Below, in pieces: positions 19,922 through 29,173 of a stretch of 30,150 nucleotides of DNA. Position numbers and translations under genes: made by a program. The stretch is taken from contig CAZQTM010000003.1 of assembly GCA_964595855.1 (NCBI GenBank), positions 1-30,150 on the forward strand, written 5' to 3'. This DNA is from an uncultured Lachnospiraceae bacterium. Lineage in GTDB: Bacteria > Bacillota > Clostridia > Lachnospirales > Lachnospiraceae. Within the stretch, counting starts at the first letter, position 1. Every line of letters starts with the position of its first letter. The notes beneath the pieces were generated by a model. The model worked only from the letters and a program-made list of their open reading frames with translations, was not told the origin of the DNA and ran no database searches.

Positions 19922-21298
19922 ATGGATCAAAATGATACCATTGCTGCTATTGCAACCGGCCTCACAAATTCAGGAATAGGAATTATCAGGATTAGTGGAA
20001 ATGATGCAATCTCCGTAGCTGATCGAGTATTTTGTACAAAATCAAATTTAAAAGTATCAACTATGAAAAGCCATACTGTACATTATGGTTTTATTTTTGA
20101 CTGTAATGAGATGATCGATGAAGTCATGTTGATTATCATGAAAGCACCTAATAGTTTTACAAAAGAAGATACAATAGAAATAGATTGTCATGGCGGTATA
20201 TATGTCATGAACAGAATATTGGAGACTGTACTAAAAAATGGTGCAAGAGCAGCTCAACCGGGAGAGTTTACAAAACGTGCTTTTTTAAATGGAAGAATTG
20301 ATCTTACAAAAGCAGAAGCAGTTATGGATTTGATTCAATCTAAAAATGAATATGCAAGAAAGAATTCAATAGGACAAATCAAGGGTTTATTATATCAGAA
20401 AATTATTCCAATTAAGGAACAGCTGTTAAATGAAATGGCAAAAATCGAATCTGCTTTGGATGATCCGGAGCATATTACTTTAGATCATTATCCGGAGCAT
20501 CTTTCCGGTGTACTTGATCAAATCATAGTTCAGTTAGAAGATTATATAAGTACTTTTCAAAACGGAAGAATGATACAAGAAGGTATTCGTACAGTTATTG
20601 TGGGAAAACCAAATGTAGGTAAATCATCTTTTTTGAATTTATTAGCCGGTGAAGAAAAAGCTATTGTTACAGAGATTGCCGGAACAACCAGAGATGCTTT
20701 GGAAGAAGCTATTTTACTGGATGGAATCCAATTGAATGTTATAGATACGGCAGGAATTAGAAATACGGAGGATGTAGTTGAAAAGATTGGTGTAGAACGG
20801 GCAAAGAAGTACGCAGATCTTGCAGATTTGATTATTTATATAGTAGATGCTTCCTGTAAATTGGATGAAAACGATGAAGAAATTATACAGATGATTCAAA
20901 ACAGAAAAGCTATTGTTTTATTAAATAAGACAGATTTATTTCAAGTTATTACAGAAAAAGAAATGAAAATGAAAACAAATAAGAATGTTATTCCGGTATC
21001 TGCAAAAACCAGAAAAGGAATACAGGAGTTTGAACAATATATCAAAGAAATGGTCATTCATAATGAAATTCAAAATAATGACGAGATTATGATTACAAAT
21101 ATAAGACAGAAGAAGGCAATGGAAGAGACAGTAGAGAGTCTAAAATTAGTAAAAATAAGTATTTTAGATCAAATGCCGGAAGATTTTTATACAATTGATT
21201 TAATGAATGCTTATACAAGCATTTGTTATATTATAGGTGAAAGAGTAGAAGAAGATTTGGTTAATGAAATATTTTCGAAGTTTTGTATGGGTAAGTAA
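19922..21298 (+). CDS. mnmE: tRNA modification GTPase MnmE
   Basis: GKPNVGKSS, GTTRD, DTAG, NKTD and C-terminal FCMGK. Start 19922 is preferred over 19910 because GGTGA precedes it. Confidence 0.98.
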   Translation: MDQNDTIAAIATGLTNSGIGIIRISGNDAISVADRVFCTKSNLKVSTMKSHTVHYGFIFDCNEMIDEVMLIIMKAPNSFTKEDTIEIDCHGGIYVMNRILETVLKNGARAAQPGEFTKRAFLNGRIDLTKAEAVMDLIQSKNEYARKNSIGQIKGLLYQKIIPIKEQLLNEMAKIESALDDPEHITLDHYPEHLSGVLDQIIVQLEDYISTFQNGRMIQEGIRTVIVGKPNVGKSSFLNLLAGEEKAIVTEIAGTTRDALEEAILLDGIQLNVIDTAGIRNTEDVVEKIGVERAKKYADLADLIIYIVDASCKLDENDEEIIQMIQNRKAIVLLNKTDLFQVITEKEMKMKTNKNVIPVSAKTRKGIQEFEQYIKEMVIHNEIQNNDEIMITNIRQKKAMEETVESLKLVKISILDQMPEDFYTIDLMNAYTSICYIIGERVEEDLVNEIFSKFCMGK

Positions 21299-21315
21299 TA
21301 TAGATAGGTGAGAAC

Positions 21316-23214
21316 ATGAAGAATGAATTAAAAGAACAATATGATATAGTAGTGGTAGGTGCAGGACATGCAGGATGCGAAGCTGCATTGGCAGCTGCTC
21401 GCTTAGGATTGGAAACGATTATATTTACTGTAAGTGTAGATTCAATTGCACTTATGCCATGTAATCCAAATGTAGGCGGAAGTTCAAAAGGACATCTTGT
21501 CAGAGAAATTGATGCTTTGGGTGGAGAAATGGGTAAGAATATTGATAAAACATTCATTCAATCCAAAATGTTAAATTTGTCAAAAGGTCCTGCAGTTCAT
21601 TCATTAAGAGCACAAGCAGATAAATCTGATTATTCCAGAAGTATGAGAAAGGTATTAGAGGAGCAGGAGCATCTTACAATAAAGCAGGCTGAAGTGGTAG
21701 AGCTGATTGCTGAGAATAATGAAATAAAGGGAGTTCGTTCATATACAGGAACCGTTTATGAAGCAAAAGCGGTTGTACTATGTACAGGTACATATCTAAA
21801 AGCAAGATGTCTATGTGGTGAAGCAATTACACATACAGGCCCTAATGGTCTACAGGCAGCTAATTATCTATCTGATTCACTAAGAAAATTAGGTATTGAA
21901 ATTTTTAGATTTAAAACAGGAACACCTGCTAGAATGGATCGTAAAACAATTGATTTTTCTAAGATGACAGAACAGTTAGGTGATGAAAGAATCGTACCGT
22001 TTTCGTTTTCTACAAATCCTGAGGATATTCAGAAGGATCAAGTATCATGTTGGCTGACATATACTAATGAAGAAACACATAAGATTATCAGAGAAAACTT
22101 AGATCGTTCACCAATATATGCAGGAGTGATAGAGGGCACAGGTCCTAGATACTGTCCTTCAATAGAGGATAAGGTAGTTAAGTTTGCAGACAAAAACAGA
22201 CATCAGGTATTTATAGAGCCAGAAGGAATTCATACTAATGAAATGTATGTAGGAGGCATGTCCAGTTCGCTACCGGAGGATGTTCAATTAAAAATGTATC
22301 GAACAGTTCTTGGATTGGAGCACTGTAGAATTGTCAGAAATGCATACGCAATTGAATATGACTGTATCAATCCAAGACAATTAAATCCAACACTTGAGTT
22401 TAAAAATATACATGGATTATTTAGTGGAGGACAGTTTAACGGAAGTTCAGGATATGAGGAAGCGGCTGCTCAAGGTTTAATTGCGGGTATTAATGCAGCA
22501 CTTAGTGTCTTAGGAAGAGATCAGATAGTAATAGATCGATCAGAAGGATATATTGGTGTTTTAATAGATGATCTGGTAACAAAAGAGAATCACGAGCCAT
22601 ATCGTATGATGACAAGCCGAGCAGAATACCGATTACTGTTAAGACAGGACAACGCAGATCTAAGACTGAGAAAGAAGGGTTATGAGGTTGGACTGATTAA
22701 TCAGGAACAGTATGATCAGTTATGCTTGAAAGAACAACAAATCATTAATGAAATCAATAGACTAAAGAATACAACTATTGGTGCATCAAAAGATGTACAG
22801 ACATTTTTGGAAAAGTATGAAAGTACTCCATTAAAAACGGGTACAGATCTGGCAGAATTGATCAAAAGACCGGAGATGTCTTATGAATTATTAGCACCAT
22901 TGGATCCGAACAGAGATCATTTACCTGAGGATGTCATTGAACAAGTCAATATTAATATTAAGTACGAAGGATATATAAAAAGGCAACAGAGTCAGGTTGC
23001 TCAGTATAAACGGCTGGAAAATAAAGTAATCCCAGAAGATATTGATTATCACGATGTTAAAAGTCTGAGAATAGAAGCTAGACAGAAGTTAATTGCATTT
23101 CAACCTGTATCCATTGGACAGGCATCAAGAATTTCAGGAGTATCACCAGCAGATATTTCAGTTTTATTAGTTTATCTAGAACAATATTATAGATCAAAAA
23201 AGATTAAGGATTAA
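21316..23214 (+). CDS. mnmG: tRNA uridine 5-carboxymethylaminomethyl modification enzyme MnmG (GidA)
   Basis: GAGHAG FAD motif, [30 protein letters not shown] and SRAEYRL. Confidence 0.99.
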   Translation: MKNELKEQYDIVVVGAGHAGCEAALAAARLGLETIIFTVSVDSIALMPCNPNVGGSSKGHLVREIDALGGEMGKNIDKTFIQSKMLNLSKGPAVHSLRAQADKSDYSRSMRKVLEEQEHLTIKQAEVVELIAENNEIKGVRSYTGTVYEAKAVVLCTGTYLKARCLCGEAITHTGPNGLQAANYLSDSLRKLGIEIFRFKTGTPARMDRKTIDFSKMTEQLGDERIVPFSFSTNPEDIQKDQVSCWLTYTNEETHKIIRENLDRSPIYAGVIEGTGPRYCPSIEDKVVKFADKNRHQVFIEPEGIHTNEMYVGGMSSSLPEDVQLKMYRTVLGLEHCRIVRNAYAIEYDCINPRQLNPTLEFKNIHGLFSGGQFNGSSGYEEAAAQGLIAGINAALSVLGRDQIVIDRSEGYIGVLIDDLVTKENHEPYRMMTSRAEYRLLLRQDNADLRLRKKGYEVGLINQEQYDQLCLKEQQIINEINRLKNTTIGASKDVQTFLEKYESTPLKTGTDLAELIKRPEMSYELLAPLDPNRDHLPEDVIEQVNINIKYEGYIKRQQSQVAQYKRLENKVIPEDIDYHDVKSLRIEARQKLIAFQPVSIGQASRISGVSPADISVLLVYLEQYYRSKKIKD

Positions 23215-23221
23215 TGATTAT

Positions 23222-23938
23222 ATGTATGATTTATCTATTTTTGAGAAGGCATTAAAAGAACTTCATATAGAATTAAATCAGACACAAAAAGATCAATTTT
23301 TGAAGTATTATGAGCTATTGATCCAATGGAATTCGTTTATGAATTTGACTACAATTACGGATTTTAATGAAGTATTGGAAAAGCACTTTCTTGACAGTCT
23401 TTCAATTATTAAGATCTGTAATCTAAGTGAGGAAAGAATAATTGATATTGGTACAGGAGCTGGTTTCCCAGGTATTCCGATCAAGATTGTATTTCCTAAA
23501 ACAAGTATGATACTTGCAGATTCACTTATGAAACGAATTAATTTTTTAAATCAGGTAATAGAGGAGTTACAGTTAAAAAATATTGGAACAATACATGGAA
23601 GAGCAGAAGATTTGGCAAAGAAAATGGAACATAGAGAGAGCTATGATATTTGTGTATCAAGAGCAGTAGCAAATCTTTCAACACTGAGTGAGTACTGTTT
23701 ACCATTTGTAAAAATAGGCGGATTGTTTGTTTCATATAAAGCGGAATCAGCAAATCAGGAGTTAGAACAAGCAAAAAGAGCAATCGAGTTATGTGGTGGA
23801 AGATTTGAAAAAAGTGAACGTTTTAATTTACCATATACAGATTATCAAAGATGTTTAATTAGTGTAAGGAAATATATGGAAACCGATAACAGGTATCCAA
23901 GAAAAGCTGGTTTACCATCTAAAGAACCTCTTTCATAA
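23222..23938 (+). CDS. rsmG: 16S rRNA m7G527 methyltransferase RsmG (GidB)
   Basis: MNLTTI, HFLDSL, DIGTGAGFPG, SRAVA and YPRKAG motifs. Confidence 0.98.
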   Translation: MYDLSIFEKALKELHIELNQTQKDQFLKYYELLIQWNSFMNLTTITDFNEVLEKHFLDSLSIIKICNLSEERIIDIGTGAGFPGIPIKIVFPKTSMILADSLMKRINFLNQVIEELQLKNIGTIHGRAEDLAKKMEHRESYDICVSRAVANLSTLSEYCLPFVKIGGLFVSYKAESANQELEQAKRAIELCGGRFEKSERFNLPYTDYQRCLISVRKYMETDNRYPRKAGLPSKEPLS

Positions 23939-23993
23939 ACATATGAATTAGTGTATGATATGTTTAAATTATAAACATAATGAGGATTAATAT

Positions 23994-25010
23994 ATGTGTG
24001 AAAATCAATCGGATCAAAAAATAGAAGAGATAGTAGAAGAATTGTATGATGAATTTAATGAAGAAAGAATTCGTCTCAGTAGTATATATGATAAAAATTT
24101 ATTAAGTATCAAAGAATCTGAACAATATATTCAAGAATTATCAAAGAACAATGAAACAGATTTTAGTATTTTTTCGCCAAGAAGTATTAAGGTAGATAAT
24201 ACAGAGAAAATAAGATCTCTGGAGCAAAAAATTGATGAGATCCAAGAAGAGAATCATTCTATATCAGAACGATTAAAATATTATGATAAGAAGGTAGAAC
24301 AACTAGAATCAATAAAAAGTCAAGGTAAAGAAGATTGTTTGAATGATGATTCTTCAATTTTAAAATTATTAGAAATTGAGAAAAAAAGAGTATCAAGAGA
24401 ACTACATGACACTACTGTACAAACATTAACACATATGGTACACAAGACAGAGTTATGTATGAAGTATATGGATACAGATACTATAAAGGCAAAGTTAGAA
24501 TTAGAATTGATACATAAAGGAATTAAAGATATCATAGATGAGTTAAGAGCAACGATATTTCAACTAAGACCATCTGCTTATGATGATATTAATTTTGAAA
24601 GTGCAGCAACACAAGTAATAGAAGAAATAAAAAAAACAACTGACATTAAAATACTATATCAACTAAAAGGTAATTATGATAATATAGATGATATGATATT
24701 GATTTCAACAATAAGAATTATACAAGAAGCATGTAATAATGCAATTAAGTATTCTGAAGCAAAAGAAATAAAGGTAGAAATCAATCATACAGATCATATA
24801 GTTCATATTATGATTCAGGATAATGGAAAAGGATTTGATGAAAAAGCAATTCATAAGGAGGAGCCTATCAACAAGTTCGGAATCACAATCATGAAGGAAA
24901 GAACAAAGATATTAAATGGAAAGTTTGAATTAAAAACAAGAAAGAATAAAGGTACGATTATTAATGTTAGTATTCCAGTACCATTGAAGGGAGAAGATAA
25001 ATGTCAATAA
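23994..25010 (+). CDS. Soluble HisKA_3 sensor histidine kinase with N-terminal coiled coil (DegS-like)
   Basis: H-box RVSRELHD, N-box QEACNNAIKYS, G1 IQDNGKGFD, G2 FGITIMKER. No hydrophobic TM segment; the N-terminus is charged and heptad-rich. Confidence 0.88.
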   Translation: MCENQSDQKIEEIVEELYDEFNEERIRLSSIYDKNLLSIKESEQYIQELSKNNETDFSIFSPRSIKVDNTEKIRSLEQKIDEIQEENHSISERLKYYDKKVEQLESIKSQGKEDCLNDDSSILKLLEIEKKRVSRELHDTTVQTLTHMVHKTELCMKYMDTDTIKAKLELELIHKGIKDIIDELRATIFQLRPSAYDDINFESAATQVIEEIKKTTDIKILYQLKGNYDNIDDMILISTIRIIQEACNNAIKYSEAKEIKVEINHTDHIVHIMIQDNGKGFDEKAIHKEEPINKFGITIMKERTKILNGKFELKTRKNKGTIINVSIPVPLKGEDKCQ

Positions 25011-25645
25011 AGGTTATCATTGCTGATGATCACAAACTAATCAGACAAGGTATAATACAGTTACTTGAGTTTGATCAGGATATAGATATAGTAGGTCAGG
25101 CAATGGATGGAGTTGACTGTTTATCAATTATCAATAAAGTTCCCGCAGATGTATTATTATTAGATATTAATATGCCAAAGAAAAATGGAATAGAAGTTCT
25201 AAAAACAATCAAAAAGAGAAGAAAGAAAATTAGAACCTTAATACTAACAATACATAATGAAACAGAGTATTTACTAAAAGCAGTTGATATAGGTGTAGAT
25301 GGATATATATTAAAAGATTCCGGATTTGACGAATTAAAAGATGCAATACATTCAGTAAGTAAAGGTGATTCTTATATTCAACCAAGTCTGATTCCTGCAT
25401 TGAATTCCAGATTAGTAAAAAGAGATATTGATCAAGAAAAAATTGAATTATTATCAAAGAGAGAATTAAGTGTTTTAGCTTTGGTTGCTCAAGGATTATC
25501 TAATCGTGATGTTGCAAAAGAATTAGACATTAGTGAGAGAACTGTTAAAAATCATTTATCTAATATATTCAAAAAAATTGATGTGATTGATAGAACACAA
25601 GCCGCAGTATTTGCAATAAGAAATAATTTAATTCAGATTATATAG
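25001..25645 (+). CDS. NarL/LuxR-family response regulator (DegU-like)
   Basis: REC domain (ADDH, LLDINMP, GYILKD) plus LuxR HTH (LSKRE...SERTVKNHLSNIFKK). Overlaps the kinase by 10 nt. Confidence 0.93.
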   Translation: MSIKVIIADDHKLIRQGIIQLLEFDQDIDIVGQAMDGVDCLSIINKVPADVLLLDINMPKKNGIEVLKTIKKRRKKIRTLILTIHNETEYLLKAVDIGVDGYILKDSGFDELKDAIHSVSKGDSYIQPSLIPALNSRLVKRDIDQEKIELLSKRELSVLALVAQGLSNRDVAKELDISERTVKNHLSNIFKKIDVIDRTQAAVFAIRNNLIQII

Positions 25646-25663
25646 TATTCTATTTTAAGTATT

Positions 25664-25679
25664 AGTTTCACGTGAAACA
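25664..25679. promoter_or_regulatory. parS site 1
   Basis: AGTTTCACGTGAAACA, one mismatch to the TGTTTCACGTGAAACA palindrome. Confidence 0.9.
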
Positions 25680-25711
25680 TTAAAAGAAGAATATGGAAAG
25701 ATACAAGATGA

Positions 25712-25727
25712 TGTTTCACGTGAAACA
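25712..25727. promoter_or_regulatory. parS site 2
   Basis: Perfect palindrome TGTTTCACGTGAAACA, upstream of parA-parB. Confidence 0.97.
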
Positions 25728-25812
25728 TATACGAACAAAATGTTGTAGAATTGATTGTGAAACATTTATAAATTTAATTGTGAAACACAAGTAGTAGAGG
25801 AGAATAAGTAGT

Positions 25813-26577
25813 ATGGGAAGAATTATTGCAATTGCAAATCAAAAAGGTGGCGTTGGTAAAACCACAACAGCAATAAACTTATCAGCGGCGATTGCTGCAA
25901 AAGGAAAAAAGGTATTAGTAATTGACAGTGATCCACAAGGTAATACAACCAGTGGATTTGGTGTTGATAAAAATGAATTGGAAAATACAATTTATGAATT
26001 ATTATTGGGTGAGTGTTCGATTCATGATTGTGTTTTAAAAGATGTCATACCAAATATATCTATATTACCAGCCAATGTAAATCTTGCAGCAGCAGAAATT
26101 GAGATGATTGGTATAGATAAAAAGGAGTACATATTAAAAAATGAGATTGATTGGGTAAAGGATGATTATGATTTTATCATGATTGATTGTCCTCCTTCAT
26201 TAAGTATGCTGACTGTAAATGCAATGACAACTGCAAACACAGTACTGGTTCCTATTCAGTGTGAGTACTATGCCTTAGAGGGGCTTAGTCAATTGATTCA
26301 CACTGTCAATCTGGTAAAGGAAAGATTGAATCCTGAACTTGATATGGAGGGTGTGGTTTTCACCATGTATGATTCACGTACAAATCTATCGTCGCAGGTT
26401 GTAGAAAATGTAAAGAGTCATCTCAAACAGAAAGTATATCAGACAATGATTCCAAGAAATATTCGATTAGCAGAAGCACCAAGTTATGGGATGCCAATTT
26501 GTACATATGATCCAAAATCCGCAGGAGCTGAAAGTTATGCAGCATTAGCAGATGAAGTGATCAAACATAAATGCTAG
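25813..26577 (+). CDS. parA: Chromosome partitioning ATPase Soj/ParA
   Basis: Deviant Walker A NQKGGVGKTTT, IDCPPSL, QCEYYALEGL and RLAEAPSYG. Confidence 0.98.
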   Translation: MGRIIAIANQKGGVGKTTTAINLSAAIAAKGKKVLVIDSDPQGNTTSGFGVDKNELENTIYELLLGECSIHDCVLKDVIPNISILPANVNLAAAEIEMIGIDKKEYILKNEIDWVKDDYDFIMIDCPPSLSMLTVNAMTTANTVLVPIQCEYYALEGLSQLIHTVNLVKERLNPELDMEGVVFTMYDSRTNLSSQVVENVKSHLKQKVYQTMIPRNIRLAEAPSYGMPICTYDPKSAGAESYAALADEVIKHKC

Positions 26578-26625
26578 AATAAGATAAATCAATTACTCAT
26601 TGTACATTAGGAAAAGGAGATTACT

Positions 26626-27507
26626 ATGGCAGTTGCAAGAGGATTAGGAAGAGGATTAGATACATTGATTCCTGAATCTAAGAACGAAGCAAAAGGAAAA
26701 AAGAACGAAGATAATGTTACTCCTGATAGAATGGTCAAGATAACAGCTGTTGAACCAAATCGTGAGCAGCCAAGAAAAAATTTTGACGAGGATGCTTTAT
26801 TGGAATTATCAGATTCTATCAAGCAGTTTGGAATTATACAGCCACTTGTGGTTCAGGATCGAAAAAATGGTCGATATGAAATAATTGCTGGTGAACGTAG
26901 ATGGCGTGCAGCAAAGATGGCTGGATTAAAGGAAGTTCCAGTAATAGTGAAGAACTATACTGATCAAGAAATCATGGAGATTTCATTGATTGAAAATATT
27001 CAGAGAGAGAACCTGAATCCAATCGAAGAAGCCATGGCATATAAACGTTTGCTAAATGAATTTCATCTAAAACAGGATGAAGTAGCTGAACGTGTATCGA
27101 AAAGCAGAACTGCGGTCACAAATTCTATGAGATTGCTCAAATTAAATGAAAAAGTACAAGAGATGGTCATCAATGAAATGATTACATCCGGACATGCAAG
27201 AGCATTATTGGCAATTGAGGATGCAGAAAAACAATTAACAATTGCAACCAGAGTATTTGATGAAAAGTTGAGTGTGCGTGACATAGAGAAGCTAGTCAAG
27301 GACATGAACAAACCATTAAAAACAAAGAAAACAAAAGAAGAGTTGGATTTCATATATCGTGATTTGGAAGAGAAAATGAAGATTTCTCTTGGAACCAAGG
27401 TAAATATTAATGCAAAAAATGATGGAAAAGGAAAGATAGAGTTAGAGTATTTTTCAATAGACGAATTAGACAGACTGGTTGATTTACTAATTCATGTAGG
27501 TAAATAA
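26626..27507 (+). CDS. parB: Chromosome partitioning CTPase Spo0J/ParB
   Basis: GLGRGL N-terminus, QPRK, CTP-binding GERRWRA, ENIQRENL and an HTH. Confidence 0.98.
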   Translation: MAVARGLGRGLDTLIPESKNEAKGKKNEDNVTPDRMVKITAVEPNREQPRKNFDEDALLELSDSIKQFGIIQPLVVQDRKNGRYEIIAGERRWRAAKMAGLKEVPVIVKNYTDQEIMEISLIENIQRENLNPIEEAMAYKRLLNEFHLKQDEVAERVSKSRTAVTNSMRLLKLNEKVQEMVINEMITSGHARALLAIEDAEKQLTIATRVFDEKLSVRDIEKLVKDMNKPLKTKKTKEELDFIYRDLEEKMKISLGTKVNINAKNDGKGKIELEYFSIDELDRLVDLLIHVGK

Positions 27508-27536
27508 ATCCAGAATCTGAGAGGAGCAAATGAAGA

Positions 27537-28064
27537 ATGGAAAGTAGAGTATTTAGTGCAATGGGTATGGGAGATATGGATCCCGGAGTCCTATTTATTA
27601 TATTATTGGTGTTGTTTATCGTAGTTTTGGTGATGTTAATGGTGTTACTTACAAAATATACCAGATTACAGGATTCATATACGATTTTTATGAAGGGTAA
27701 AAAGGGTCGTAGTATGGAACAACAGATAGAAAGTCTATTTGATGATATTGAGTTTTTGAAAGCATCTACAGACAAGAACAAAAAGGATATTGCATGGATT
27801 ATTGATCATGTAAAGGATACCTATCAGAGAGTTGGTATTGTAAAGTACGATGCATTTAAGGAAATGGGCGGAAAACTAAGTTTTTCTGTTGCACTGTTGA
27901 ATGACAGAAAGAATGGATTTATAATTAATTCTGTACATAGTAGTGAAGGCTGTTATGTGTATGTTAAGGAGATCAATAGAGGTAACAGTGCCATTTCACT
28001 AGGAGAAGAGGAAGAGATTGCTTTAGAGCAGGCACTTCAGTATGAAACGGTGGAGCTTGATTAG
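27537..28064 (+). CDS. DUF4446-family protein with an N-terminal TM anchor
   Basis: One TM helix, then a coiled segment and GIVKYDAFKEMGGKLSFSVALL, which I recognise as DUF4446-like. It typically follows parB in Clostridia. Confidence 0.75.
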   Translation: MESRVFSAMGMGDMDPGVLFIILLVLFIVVLVMLMVLLTKYTRLQDSYTIFMKGKKGRSMEQQIESLFDDIEFLKASTDKNKKDIAWIIDHVKDTYQRVGIVKYDAFKEMGGKLSFSVALLNDRKNGFIINSVHSSEGCYVYVKEINRGNSAISLGEEEEIALEQALQYETVELD

Positions 28065-28099
28065 GATTGACATTATTTGAGATAGAGTGGAGAATATAG

Positions 28100-29158
28100 A
28101 TGATATTAAAAAAGGTAAAGGATCTTACCGGTGGAGAATGTCTTGCCAAGCCAATTGTATTGGGGTTGAATCAGACATTAGTCTACGAAGGAACATATTT
28201 AAAAATAGACTATATAGAGAAGTTGAATGAACTGGGGATCGAAGAGGTATATATTTTTGATCATGATATGCCAGATGAAAAACCGGATGAGATTATTCGT
28301 GAAGAAGTGCGTATTGTCTGTAAAGAGAAAGTTAAAAATGTTCTGGAAAAACATATATATAAGGATAATGTCGGGTTATCTGAGATTGGAGATACTGCAG
28401 AAAAAATCATTGACGATATCTTAAATAAAGAGGAAGTAATAGAAAAGGTATTTGAAATCAGAGAGAGAAGTGCGGATATTTATGATCATTGTATCAGTGT
28501 GTGTGCATTATCTATTTTGACAGCGCTAAAGATGAACCTTCCTCATAACATTGTAAATGATATCGGTATAGGAAGTCTGATTCATGATTTGGGTCTTCGA
28601 TATATATCAGTACCGTACGTGAACCAATCCTTAGATGTATTGTCACCGGATAATTTGTTTGAGTATAAAAAACATACTGTCTACGGATTCTCTTCAGTGG
28701 AAAAAGAAGGCTGGATGAGCGATGTAGCAAAGAAAATATTGTTGTTTCATCATGAGAGACTGGATGGGTCAGGATTTCCGTTAAAATTAAGAAATATTTC
28801 AATTGAGAACAGAATAGTATCAGTATGTGATACATTTGATGAATTGATATGTGGTATTGGTTGTAAACGAGTGAAGGTTCAAGAGGCAATAGAATATTTG
28901 AAAACATATAAAGATATCTATTTTGATGGGAAGGTCATAGACATATTTTTGGATTTTATTGCGGCATATCCATCAGGAACCAAGGTTCGAACCAATGAGG
29001 GAGAGATTGGTATGGTAATCGGACAAAACGAGCATTTTTCAGAACGTCCGATTCTTCGTATGCTTTATGACAAAGACGGCAATGCTTATAAGAAAAAAGT
29101 GATTATCAATCTGGTGGAAGTACATCATATCTTTATAGATGAAGTAATCAAGGAATAA
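28100..29158 (+). CDS. HD-GYP domain protein (divergent)
   Basis: DHCISV, IHDLG, HHERLDGSGFP and VCDTFD motifs, with the N- and C-terminal extensions typical of Firmicute HD-GYP proteins. Confidence 0.85.
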   Translation: MILKKVKDLTGGECLAKPIVLGLNQTLVYEGTYLKIDYIEKLNELGIEEVYIFDHDMPDEKPDEIIREEVRIVCKEKVKNVLEKHIYKDNVGLSEIGDTAEKIIDDILNKEEVIEKVFEIRERSADIYDHCISVCALSILTALKMNLPHNIVNDIGIGSLIHDLGLRYISVPYVNQSLDVLSPDNLFEYKKHTVYGFSSVEKEGWMSDVAKKILLFHHERLDGSGFPLKLRNISIENRIVSVCDTFDELICGIGCKRVKVQEAIEYLKTYKDIYFDGKVIDIFLDFIAAYPSGTKVRTNEGEIGMVIGQNEHFSERPILRMLYDKDGNAYKKKVIINLVEVHHIFIDEVIKE

Positions 29159-29173
29159 TAGAGGTGGACCGGG

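Noticed and set aside
14999-25800. Repeats in the origin and parS regions as a CRISPR array or iterons
   Set aside because: There is no regular repeat-spacer period and no cas or rep genes; DnaA boxes and parS explain them.
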